Below, piece by piece: positions 39,086 through 50,850 of a DNA stretch of 64,000 bases. The stretch is from the NCBI RefSeq assembly GCF_044704955.1, contig NC_091982.1:28582001-28646000 (forward strand). Direction: 5' to 3'. Numbering within the stretch: the stretch's first letter is position 1; the number at the start of each line of letters is the position of its first letter. The translations under genes and the position numbers were made by a program. This DNA comes from Pristiophorus japonicus. Its lineage: Eukaryota. The notes under the pieces were generated by a model. The model saw only the letters and a list, made by a program, of their open reading frames with translations, did no database searches and was not told the origin of the DNA.

Positions 39086-40689
39086 AGAATTATGGGGATG
39101 TAATGAGAGGCACAGCAGAATGAAGTTGAGTATGGCTTTGTATGAATGTTTCGTGATCTACTGAGATCATTGAAACATTTGTGGCACTGCACACAGGTCC
39201 TCCTGACCACATCGCTGCTGGTGACTTCCTCTGCAATCTCCAACCAGGCCATTTTGATCTACTGGGGAGGTATCTTCCGCCCATTAGAAGGGAAGAGGTC
39301 CTCCCTGTGTGTTCTGACTCCCTCCACAAGCATATGGAGGGAATCATCAGAGAACGTGGGTGCAGCCCTCTGCCTCTGTGCAGTCATTGTCAAAGTGCTT
39401 GCAACACTCCAATCCATGCACTGACAGCGCTATGTTATATTAACCTTCAAATGCAATGTGGACATGGCCCCTTTAAAGATCCCGGCTGAAAACGCGACAT
39501 GAATGATGCCACTTGGCGCGCACCATTTAATTGGGTCGGGTAATGCGCAGGGTCTGGTAAAGTGGTTCTGTGGAGCGGGATGGAGACAGCAACGGGTTCA
39601 TGACCCGCCATGGCCGCCGCCCGCACCGGACCCGCCCAGGTAAAGAAAATTCCGGCTGTTAACTCTGTTTTGCTCTCCACAGATGCTACCTGACCTGCTG
39701 TACATTTCCAGCATTTTCTGTTTTATTTCAGAGTCAAATACAGAGTTGGGGGGGGGGGGTGGAAATAATCAGCTAATTTGCGTAACACAACTGTTATTAT
39801 CTGTTGGTTCTTCCCACAGAGAGAGCAGAAGAAGCCACGCATGATTAGACAAAGTGTCTCTATGAGCGGTTATGGAAGCTCTGCTTTACTGGCCAGAAGA
39901 CACGCGCCAGCTTGGATAGTAACTACATTCTCCAAACAATTGTTAAAACTCTTGACTAGCACGCCACTTACTTGAATGTATACTGTTTACCTAATTACCA
40001 CATTTCACAGCAGCTGCTCTTTCTGGCCATCACAGTTATTAATTTTATTAACATTATTCAACCACATCTTTTCTTCATAACATAAAATTATTCATTCAAT
40101 TAGCATATTACTCATTACAGTTTGACAGGTTATTTTGTGATTATGTAACATTACTGTGGGAGGAAATTATTTTTTTTCTAATTTTGGCATTTTTCATAAA
40201 ACTAGCACTGTACACGATATGACAAACAGATATTTTTTTCCCCCTGAAAATATTAGAAAATCTGTCTTTAAAATGGACCTTCCATTATCCACTGCTTTAC
40301 CTTTAAGGGTAGATTTTCCGGTCTGCCTCATCGGGTGCACAGGTGTCGAATTGCTGAGTGGGAGGCAGGAAATCAGGTGAGTGGGTTTTAAATTTATTTC
40401 ACATCTGATGCCTCCACTCCACAACTTTCCAGACAGAGCATTTTTCTATCGCACAAGGCTCTTGCACATTTTGTAGAAAATTCTCCTTAGGGTCCCAGTT
40501 TTCATATAATCGACTCTGGTGCATTTGCCTGGCACTGTTTGCCTTTTTGGCCAGGACACTGGTGAGAACTCTCTTGCTCTTCTTCGAAATAGTGCCATGG
40601 GATCTTTTACGCCCACCTGAGTGGTAAAGAATATTGGGTGGAATGTTTCCTCGACAGTACTTTCCAAACCCGCGACCTCTACCATCTAT

Positions 40690-40970
40690 TTAAAAAAAAA
40701 AGGCAGCAGGCGAATGAGAACAACACCATCTCCAATTGCCCCTCCAAGTCATACACCATCCTGACTTGGAAATATATTGCTGTTCCTTCATCATCGCTGG
40801 GTCAAAATCTTAGAACTCCCTGCCTAACAGCCTTGCGATCATACCTTCAGCACACGGACTGCAGCAGAGAGAATACGACTCACCACCACCTACTTAAGGG
40901 CAATTAGGGATGGACAATAAATGTTGGCATTTCCAGTGATACCCACATCCCGTGAATGAATTAAAAAAAT
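40690..40970 (+). mobile_element. LINE 3' end (CR1/L2 group) with A-rich terminus
   Basis: PSKSYTILTWKYIAVP-type C-terminal remnant, AATAAA and A-tail. Confidence 0.6.
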
Positions 40971-40994
40971 GTAAAACGAGTTACCGATGCAGCA

Positions 40995-42618
40995 GAGATA
41001 GTGGAATGCTTTTGGTTGTGATCTTCCAAAATTCCCCTGATTCAGAAAGGGTCCCAGAGATTGAAAGGTAGCAAATGTAATGCATTATTCAAGACAGGAG
41101 GCAGAGAGAAAACAGGGAATTGCAGGGCAGTTAGCCTGACATCAATTGTCGGGAAAATGCTGCAATCCAATATTAAGGAAGTGTTAACAAAGCACTTAGA
41201 AAATCATAATATGATTAGGCAGAGTCAATATGGTATTATGAAAGGGAAATCATGTTGAAAAATGTATTAAAGCTTTTTGAGGATGTAACTATCAGGGTAG
41301 ATAAAGGGGAACCAGTAGATGTAGTATATTTAGATTTTCAAAAGGCATTCGATAAGATGCCACATAAAAGGTTGTTACACAAGACAAGGGCTCAAGGCAA
41401 TTGATTACTGGGGTGAGAGGGTTGTCCTATAAGGAGAGATTGATTAGATTGGGCCTATAGTCTCTGGAGTTTAGAAGAATGAGAGGTGATCTCATTGAAA
41501 CATATTGGTTTTTGAGGGGGATTGGCAGGATAGATGCTGGGAGATTATTTCCCCAGGCTGGAGAGTCTAGAAACAGGGGGCATAGTCTCAGGATAAGGAG
41601 TCAGCCTTTTAATATTGAGATGCGGAGGAATTTCTTCACTCAGAGGGTTGTGAATGTTTGGAAGTCTCTATCCCAAAAGGCTATGGCTGCTGAGTCATTG
41701 AGTATAGTCTGAGATAGATAGAGTTTTTGGGGGAGAAATTCGGAAGCGCTCTGTTTGGGTCATTAACTTTTGAAAATTGAAAAAAATTACTAATGTTTTT
41801 CAGCTTTTAAAAAATGTGGTGTTTGCGCTCCAGGAAGGAAGTGGGGTTCTAAATCAAGCACCCCACTTCCTTCCTGGAGCGCCAATGGAAACAGACGGGT
41901 GGTAGTTGCGCAGCACTGCACAATGGGCCACGAAGTGCTGCCGCTTTCCGAGGCTCCTTCCCTCCCTTAAAGGGAAGGGCCATCGCTGCAGGCTCTGCAT
42001 TGGGACCAGTTAGCTGGTCCCCGACGGCAGCCATGATCCAGCTCAATCAGCCGATACACTGCAGCAGAGTGATCGTTCTGGGCACAGGAGAATAATAAAA
42101 AATTGAAAATAAAATGTTCAGAAATTTTGGTAGTTACCTCGGCAAGCTCCCTTTTAACTTTCGCCCCCAAAGTGCTCAGCCTCCCGATCAACGCCTCCTG
42201 AAGCTGCCAGTGTTTTCGCCCAGTGTTGCTGCGGGGAGCGGAATCGAACTTCACGTACTGGGCACTATCGGGGTGATGCGCACAGCAATGACGCCACGAT
42301 CTCCAGGCGAAGGAGATCAGGGTGCAACTTCCTACCTCCAACGCAAACCTCTCGGCGAAGTTAGTGGGAGTCGTTCATTTCGCCGTGCCCAGCCGGTAAG
42401 TTATTAACGCCCCGTTATCACCCCCCCGCCCCGGAGGTGATAACTGAAGGCGTTAAGGAGGCCAATTTCTAGGCCTTGGACTCTAGAATAATCCAGGGAT
42501 ATGAGGATATGGGAGGAAAGTGGAGTTGAGATCGAAGATCAGCCATGATCTGATTGAATGGCGGAGCAGGTTGGAGGAGTGTTATGGGCTACTCCTGCTC
42601 CAACTTCTTATGTTCTTA
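40995..42618 (+). mobile_element. CR1 LINE, internally deleted and split by a Harbinger-type MITE at 41730-42475
   Basis: RAVSLTSIVGKML, MRGDLIETY, RRNFFTQRVVN; MITE ends GGGGAGAAATT / AATTTCTAGGCC with flanks TTG/TTG; CR1 resumes to a TTCTTATG tail. Confidence 0.88.
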
Positions 42619-44500
42619 CATACCGATTCACCAGCACTTGTTTTGTGCTGGACCTGCCCAAGGCGCATTTCGGTCCCATGATTTCGATTTCATTGTGAGA
42701 ATTTAATGCAAGAAACAACTGCAATGCTTTTCCTCCTTCGGTATTGGGTCCATTTGTTTCTTCCTACACTCCTGACAAATAGAAGTCAGCACTTCAATGT
42801 AAATATAGTCATTTATAATTCACAGTAGTTTTCAGCATAATGAATAATTCAGTCAGGCACTTTGTCTCTTTTTGGCTGTTTCACTATGCAGCATGCAACT
42901 ATTGGAATTACCAGGCCGCTGTAGTCGCAGTACATATCATTTTTAATGCATTTGTAAGTATGAAATTTAACAAAACATGCCTGAAGAGGCTGTAATGTTA
43001 ATGACTTTCAGTGTCTCTGTTACCATCAGTAGGCTGACACTTATATTTTACTGGGTAGGCAATACTGGAACTGTGCCAGTATTTAAAAAAAAGGAAGTTA
43101 CAATGATGAGTGCTTCTTTACTCTTTCCCCTTCCCGCTTACCTTATGTTCCTTGAGCAATAGTGCACCCATATTGACTTGAGGCAAGTCAGTGCCTCCCG
43201 AGCAGCTAGAGCATGGTAAATGACCTGATCTGTTTATACCACTTACTCAGAAAAAAAACTCACTGGTGCATAATGCATTAGATGGTAGGAGCCTCATCAG
43301 TCTTGATGTATGTTTGATGTCATCCTTTGTACACATTTAATATCATTTTGATATTTTCATTCCACTCTTTGTGCCAAGCACGTTTTGAGACATTTTACAA
43401 TGTAGGCAATATTCTTGAATGGTCTTGTTCCTGAAGCAACTCTACCATAAACTGGTTTTGACAGCACAACTGAAACATTCCATAGGTTAGAAGTCTCTGC
43501 TTCCTATGAATTGGTTTTAACTGATTTCCTGCTTTAGATGTACTTACACTCCACACAGCATTTCTGGCATGCACAAGGTAAAATCAGAGAAATATTGGCA
43601 GATTGTCAGGGCTTCCAAATAGCACTTGAAAAATGGGTAAATGCAGATGAAAAATGGGTGCTTATTATTCTTCTCTTTTTCTATGCCCAACTTCCTCTGT
43701 GGCTTTTCTGTGCACATGATGGCATCTGAAGAGGGTGCAGCAATGTAAATGACACGCCAAGTTGTTGTGAGGTTGTTGTATTCATTGGTTTCCTCTGATA
43801 GCTCCGGGTGCTATCAAGGGCAGAATGTCCCCAAAACATCTGCTTTTAAGCTTCCATTTAGACACTTCAGGCTTAATAGTTACAGGCTGGTATTATCGAG
43901 GAAAAGCTTTATTTTTAGATTTTTAAACAGTAAATGTTTTTGGAGCTGCAGAATTTGTTGTTGAATGCTGCTAGCCTTGTGCAGTTAATGAAGGGAGTTG
44001 TGTTCAGTACTGTGCCAATCTCCCTTTTGAAATAGGGATGATTTGGAAGCAGACAAGGGGTGCTGTCACAAGCCCCCTTGACAGGTACTGAAGAATTTCT
44101 TCTGGCTTTCTCCTGAACCATTAACAACTCTTTTCCTACTATGGTCAAGAATTCCCCTTCCCCTGACCACACAACTGTTCCACCTTCAATAAAAAGAGAA
44201 TCCTCACAGTCAACCAGATCCGTCCTCCTATTTCCATATAGTCCTTCTTCATACTGACACTTGTTTTCCCTGTTCCTCCACCTACTGCTTGGCACCAAGG
44301 TTCCTTTTTACCAACTCCCCCCAGCCAGACTTCAGCGGTGCCCAGACTCCTGCCTGAGGTGCTGCTGCCATCTTAGCCAGCAAAGGCAGCACAGTGCTAT
44401 TCTCAGGGGTAAGCAGAGACCTTCAAAGTTTGCTTCTGGCTGTCATAATAGATTACAACATTCTCAATTATTCATATGCAGCTGGCATTCAAGCCTCCTT

Positions 44501-44860
44501 AAAGAAAGAACTTGCGTTCATATTGCACCTTTCACAACCTCAGGATGTCCCAAAGTTCTTCACAACCAATGAAGCACTGTTGAACTGGAGTGATTGTAGT
44601 TATGTAAGCAAATTCAGCAGGCAATTTGCACATAGCAAGGTTCCATCAATGGCAAACGTGATAAATGACCAGTTAACCTGTTTTGATAATGTTAGTTGAG
44701 GGACAAAAGAACACCAAGACCACTCCCTGGACTCCATCGAATTGTACCATGTGATCTTTTACATCCACCTAAACAGACAGAGTCTCATTTTAATATCGGA
44801 TCCAAACAAATTGCACCTCTATTCAATGGAGCATTCCCTCAGCACTGCACTGAAGATTCA
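44501..44860 (-). mobile_element. Deu-domain SINE, diverged
   Basis: Reverse-complement similarity to 5212-5597. Confidence 0.7.
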
Positions 44861-45812
44861 GTGAGGGACTTCTAGTCAGAAAGGTTGCATTTAGCCTGTC
44901 AAAAGGGACAATATGTGATGTTTTGTTATTTTTCCATGTTATGAAATAAGCTGTAATTTACTGTCAATTGCTACTTTATTGATTCATTTGGTGCTTTGAA
45001 CATAAGTTTGGCTGTTGACTTACATAGGGCCTCATATACTAGAGTGTTAATGAGCCCAGCTTTTGGTGGCACATACGAGATTATAGTACCCAATCTATAC
45101 AAGAAGGGGTTTCATTGTTACAACCCTAGATCACACTTTTATAGGACTAGATAGTAGACGGTAAAGGCAAACTCCTGATCATAAGGAATATGGGAATCAA
45201 CCAATGGAAGAAATTGATGATGTTGACCCCGAGAAAATATCTACTCTATAGCAGAAATTTGTAATAGCGACACTGGGCTGTGCCTTGACCTACTAGGCCA
45301 TTAGTTAATCTAGAACATAGGGGGCGAGATTGACCTCGTTTGTATCTCCTGATAGCACCTCCGGGAGGTGGTAACGGGGCACAAATGGGTTTGTGACCGG
45401 GCGCAGCGAATTGAACGACGCCCGCAAAGTTTCCTGCTGGTTTTGCGCTGGTGTTCGGAATTAGCACCTCAGACCCTAGTGTCCCGATGAGCATTACGTC
45501 ATCCGGTGCGCAGCGCCCCGTTACCGCCCTGGATCTGAAATTCCCTCTTGCCCCTGCCCGAGTGCCTGCCATTAAAAATGACAGGAACAGGAGTGGGTAT
45601 ATAGTCAGATGGCTGCTGGAGGAGCGGTTTTTAAAGGCGTCAACATCCGATTCATTTTTAGTCAGCAAAGAATGCTGCCTTGTCAGTTTGACATAGGCAA
45701 ACAGGCGTTTTGAGCGATTTCAGTGTTTTTCACTTTCAGGAATCTTCTGCCTCAGAAAAATTATTCACTTTCCTTTAGGTGAGATTTTAAAGTCCAAAAT
45801 TTCCATACTTTA

Positions 45813-46655
45813 ATGGGGGCTGTACTGGGACTAGACCTTCCCCTCCAGCATCAATGCCTGAGGCAGCAGAGGCAAAGAGAAAAATTGCAAAAAGTGGCCA
45901 GAGGGAGGAGAGCCAACAGAGCTCTCAACAGGAGGCCTTACCCTCCCAGGATATTATGGCAGCAGTTCTCCTACACCAATTTCACTGAGGAACAGTGTCT
46001 TAGAAGGCTCCGCTTCACCAAGAACATGGTCATAGAGCTCTGCCACCTCCTGCAACCAGACCTCCAGCCTCAGACCAGGGGGTGCACAGCTCTCTCAGTG
46101 GCACTCAAGGTCACCTTCGCCCTCAATTTCTATGCCAGTGGATCTTTCCAGTATGCAACAGGGCACACATCTAACATATTGCAGTTTGCCGTCCATTGCT
46201 GCATCCGCGAGGTCACTCATGCTCTCTACAGAAGGAGAAGGGACTATATTTTCTTTACCATCACCAGAAAGAAGCAGCACAAGCCTGCATTAGGCTTTGC
46301 CAGAATAGCATGCTTCGCCATGGTGCAGGGAGCCATTGACTGCACCCACATCGCTTTGCGGGCACTGCATAACAATCCTGAGGTATTCCGTAACTGCAAA
46401 GGCTACCACTCACTTAAGTTACTGCAGTTGGTGTGCGACCATACACAGCGAATCCTCACCGTCAATGCCCCCTAACATGGCAGCAGCCATGATGCCTTCA
46501 TCCTGTGTCAGACAGGTGTGCCAGTTCTGTTCCACCAACCACATCAAACTTGAGGCTGGCTGCTGGGAGACAAAGGCTATCCGCTCTCCACTTGGCTAAT
46601 GACTCCTCTGCACAACCCCACCACTCCTGCCCAGCGCTCATATAATGGCAGTCAT
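45813..46655 (+). pseudogene. Harbinger (HARBI1-like) transposase, 3'-truncated; element spans ~45320-48402
   Basis: CLRRLRFTK, ALNFYASGSFQ, VQGAIDCTHIAL, KGYHSL, GSSHDAF, LLGDKGY, YNGSH; right TIR GAATTTCTAGCCC ends at 48402. Confidence 0.95.
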
Positions 46656-48067
46656 GATGCCATCCAGCTGAGACCACATGAGAGCAGTCTGAGACTCAAT
46701 GCCTGCAACTATTGTCTGCATTACAGCACCAAGACGTTGCGTGGCTTCCACCTGCGCTGCAATGAAAGCTGCTACATTGCCCATGACTTGAGCTATGATG
46801 TCTGGATCTGCCCGGTCTCTCCGGGAGTCCACCATCCTCTGCAGAGTAGAAGTGATTGTGCACACCATAGAGCCCGAGTTCTGTGCAATGTTGAAGGCGG
46901 ACTCCTCCACGCTCCTTACCAATGCCCAGAGGCTCTCAAGAACCCTTGCCACTATGCCTATCATGTGGGAGTGCATGGCCATCACCCTTCTTGTGAACAC
47001 CTCCCCATCGAGGTCCTCATCTGAGTCCTGTGCAGCAGAACCCACGTGCGAACTCACCCTCCGGGGAGCTAGCTCCTGAGCTAACCTTTCCCCCTGTCCT
47101 TGGTGCAGCCCACTCATCCCTGGTACATCACCCAGTGCAGACCCCTCTACTAAACTTGTCTCTGAAGATCGCGTAGTGCCAGTATCTGAGGGGGTGCCTG
47201 CAAGAGATGCAGTGACGTGGTGCTTTGCTTCTCCTCCTCTTCTCCTTCCTCACTCTCAGTGGGGGGCTCAGGGAGAGGCTGCTCATCTGGTTGCTGATTA
47301 TCTGAAAGCATAAAGGCACACGACTCATGTTAAGGTGAGGGCAGGGAGGCAGGAATGGAGCAAGGAAGGCAGACAGTATCAGGAGCTAGAAAGTGATAGT
47401 GGCTTATGGTGTGAGGGGGAAGTGGGATGAGAGAAGGAGAGGGGATGAAGATACCGTTGTTGCCCCCAATTGGGTTGACGTTGCTAGCGGCCATGGCGTC
47501 CACCATCTGCTGCCTAATGAGTCACAGCACTCGCTCCTCAAGGTCTGTAAGCTGCTGGACCTGCATGTCACCCCTGCCTGTTCTCTGCTGCTTCCTCCTA
47601 TTGTGGGCCATTTTGGCCTGCAAAAGAACCAAATGTGTGCGAGTGAGAGTGCAGCTATGTGTTTGGGAAATGTGCATACCATAGTTGACTAGCTGTAATT
47701 GGAGGCAAGGCATGAGATGTGGATCTGAGTTTGCGTATGTGGAGATGCTTGGTGGGTGAGTGGTTTTGTGCAGTGTGTACACTCTGAGGTTCAGATGGTG
47801 GTATGTAGGACCTGTTGAAGCAGGTACTCGCCTTTGCCAACCGAGTGAGGTCATTGAATTTCTTCCGGCATTGTGTCAAGCTCTGAATGACCACACTGGC
47901 TCTTGGGCCACTTCTTTCCACATTACCCTGAAGACCTGGGGCAATGTCCTCCTTCCAGTGTCCAGGAACAGCACTGCCTTCCTTCTTTCCACTACCGCAA
48001 CCAATGTCTCCAATGTCTGCTTGGTGAAATGATGAGCTCTTTCCCTGGGAGTGGGATCAGCCATTAC
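46656..48067 (-). pseudogene. Harbinger Myb/SANT-like ORF2, exons ~48067-47832, 47617-47455, 47301 onward
   Basis: RERAHHF...LETLVAVVERRKAVLF...WKEVA...QCRKKFNDLTRLAK then GCGAGT; AKMAHNRRKQQRTG...LTDLEERVL; acidic and coiled-coil-like exon 3. Confidence 0.9.
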
Positions 48068-48990
48068 GATCATGGATTCAGTTGGTTGCAGGTCACCTTC
48101 ACAGCCAGCAATGCTGGTAATGAGGATCTGTACAATGATACAACCTTTCCTGTAAGAGCTGGAAGAAACCAGTGTGAAGGATCATTCCCAATTGCATTGC
48201 ACCTGAAATTCATTATCGCTGTGCTGGTTGCGCCCCTGTAGCGCCCTACTGAGGTCATTAGCACTTGGTTTTGTGCTAGAGTTATTTCCTGGAGTGCGAA
48301 AAGCCAATTTAGTGGAAGCTCAGAATCATAACCGTCTGGTGCTAAATTTTCAAGATTTCAATCATTAACGCCCTAATCGGGGCATTACTGAATTTCTAGC
48401 CCACTGCTAATGCTTTGGTGGGATTTTAAAAAACTCCCTTAGGATAAAATCTGATTTCTACTGATGCCACTAAATAAATACCATTGAACATAGTGACCAT
48501 GGAAGAAAACAAATGTAGACTACACAATAGCAAAGTATTATAAATAGCAATAATGAATCTTCTACTTGCAATATATCTTAGGTTAAGGTATGTTAATTTA
48601 GTTTATTACCAATCTTCTTTTCATTGAGTGAAACCACTAAATCAACCCAAGAATCAATGCTTCTGTCAACATTAGTGGTAAGTGACCCAAGAAATTAGAG
48701 CCTACCTGACTCTTTTCTATGTAAATAAATCAGACTGTTTAGGCTCTTTCCTGGCAGTCTAATCTTGCATTTATGCCAGGAGAGGAGAGAATCAGATTTT
48801 AAATCTTAACTCAGCTGTTTCAGATGTTTTTCTTTCCCTTCGTTATTGTTGCATCAACCTTTCACAGTATCGGTAGCAATAATGACAAACATAACAAATA
48901 CTAATGTGGAATCAGCTATATTCTCCACTTAAGCTAATCGCAAGCAGAATAAATGCCTATGCTTAGGATCGGAGTAATATCAGCATTTTC

Positions 48991-50471
48991 TGTAAGGTGG
49001 AGATGAATGAAAGGAAAAGGTGACACGATTCATTAGGTTTCTATAAGAGGTGTCGGGGAGGATGAAAACCCCTAATTTTACCCAGAAGGAAAAGAGCTGT
49101 GGGATCTGTCTGTGCTGCAGCAGGCCAGTGTCCTGGAAGGAACAGGGAACCCAGAACCAGATGTGGATTGAAACCGAGACAGTGTGGCCTTGGCAGGGCA
49201 GTGATTGGACGGGGGCGGACACCGGAGGGCCAATGGTGGGACAGAGTCAGCCCGAAGCAAGGGACTCCAAGCCAATGGGAGTGCCCTTGCTCGAAAACTC
49301 GGGACTAACTTATCACCGATACCGGGCTATTGTCTCCCCCACATTTACACCATGGAGGGATATTATGCAGGCCTTAAGAAAACTAGGGAACCTAAAACAA
49401 ACCGAGGGCCACACCCTGCCAACCCAATTAACACCTACTCAACCCTTGATTATGTTAACATCAGGGATAGCCAGTGGAAAACCCCCCGCGAAATCCAACA
49501 CTGCTGCATTTTTCAAAAATCACAAGCCCACCAATGGGAAGGATTTATTTCAGCACGAAAGTCTGGCTGGATAACTGGATATAAGAAGGGGTTTCTGCCC
49601 CGACAAGTTGTTCCGTTCACGTGTTCCAGCAAGCAGTCAGCCTTTCGCCACAGAAGGAAGACCAGTGTCTGAAGACAGAAGAAACAAACCACCACCCCGA
49701 GACGGCATCAGTTCAGCCTCCTTTCACTACTGGAGACTGAACTTTTTCTTTTTCCACAAGGATCTTCCCCTGAGAGCTGGACTCAGGTAGATCCACAGCA
49801 ACAATAAGACGCAACAACAACAAAGTTTCCAAGAAAAATCACAACCGAAAAAGTAACTTCAAGATCCTGAAGATAGCAAAAGGAGAACCCCAAAACCGCG
49901 TTTTGACCTGGAAAGACTGTAAAGGCTATGGTGAGTATAATCTCTGGTCCCCAGAACTCCCAACTCAGTTAGGTCAGGAAGGTGGGAGGTTGGGCATTGC
50001 ACTGCTGTTAAACTTGTGTAAAAGTTTTCGTTGTGTCCGTTTAGTGGGATCTAGGAGGATTGTTTTGTTGGTGTATTGCTGTTTGTTGAGATACACCTTG
50101 TCAAATAAATTGGAAGCTTAAAGTTCCTCTTGGAATCGCCTCATCTCAGTTCTGTTGTATTACATCTCCTGATCGTGAATCTTGTGTCAGAACAGTGTAA
50201 GGGAAGCCAGGAGCGCCTCAAACACTCAACTATGTGCCACAGGCTAGGGAAGAAAGGGGTTAGGAGTGTTTAACACTCACAGGTGCCTCATAGGCTAGTC
50301 ATAAGCTGTGGGGACGCACGAGTCTCAAAACCCCCTTCATAAGCTGTGGACACAGTCTCTCCAGGAATGCTCTTGCAGCACTCAGGGTACCTCACAGGCC
50401 AGCCATAAGCTGTGAGGGCAGAAGCTAAGGGAGAGACACCCAAGGCACAACACTCCCCACAACTCCTTACA
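48991..50471 (+). mobile_element. Probable long solo LTR
   Basis: TGTAAGG...CCTTACA inverted termini; TATA-like ATATAAG near 49580; AATAAA near 50104; no TSD seen. Confidence 0.55.
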
Positions 50472-50850
50472 GAGGCCAAGGGACCAATTCACAGCAGTGT
50501 GCACCTGTTTTAAGTCAGAATAAGTTTGGCCAATTTAAAACACTGCTTGATTCCCTGTGCAATAGATCTTGAAATTCCTTAATGTTAATTTGCTGAATTT
50601 GGGAAGTTAAGGTGCCCCTCTGGATAAATGAAAATGTAATGCATGCAAAAAACAAATGTAACCCACAAACCATTGTCTCCATTTAGGATATGGTTAGCAT
50701 GGAGTGTAATAATGCCACAGGAGGAGAAGTTATACACAAAAGTGTCTGCTTCCAACCCACATCTTACAAGCAGGGATAAAGCGACAAGAGATGACACAAA
50801 ACTGCAGGTATGTTATATTTAGGATTGGTAGTTCATACTTCCATTTCAAT

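Larger units (their letters stand above)
35076..39657. mobile_element. Harbinger element: putative transposase N-terminal remnant (+, ~35588-35800) and Myb gene (-, ~39390-37649), with nested CR1 and SINE
   Basis: TIRs GGCTGGAATTTTCT / AGAAAATTCCGGCT (12/14); flanks ATT/GTT; AWLEIAEEVTS...RTCVQCHKCFNDL. Confidence 0.85.

Noticed and set aside
43548-43725. Possible minus-strand exon (CTCTTCAG acceptor, GTAAGT donor, one open frame)
   Set aside because: The peptide resembles nothing I recognise and no partner exons were found; such signals occur by chance.
43915-44298. 127-aa ORF in non-repetitive sequence
   Set aside because: No recognisable domain or convincing splice context.
45813-46475. 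Domesticated host HARBI1 or NAIF1 gene
   Set aside because: Stops, truncation, TIR-like ends and several paralogous remnants indicate transposon copies.
49050-49672. Overlapping 174-aa and 155-aa ORFs as viral or accessory genes
   Set aside because: No gag, pol or env motifs; they lie within an LTR-like non-coding element.
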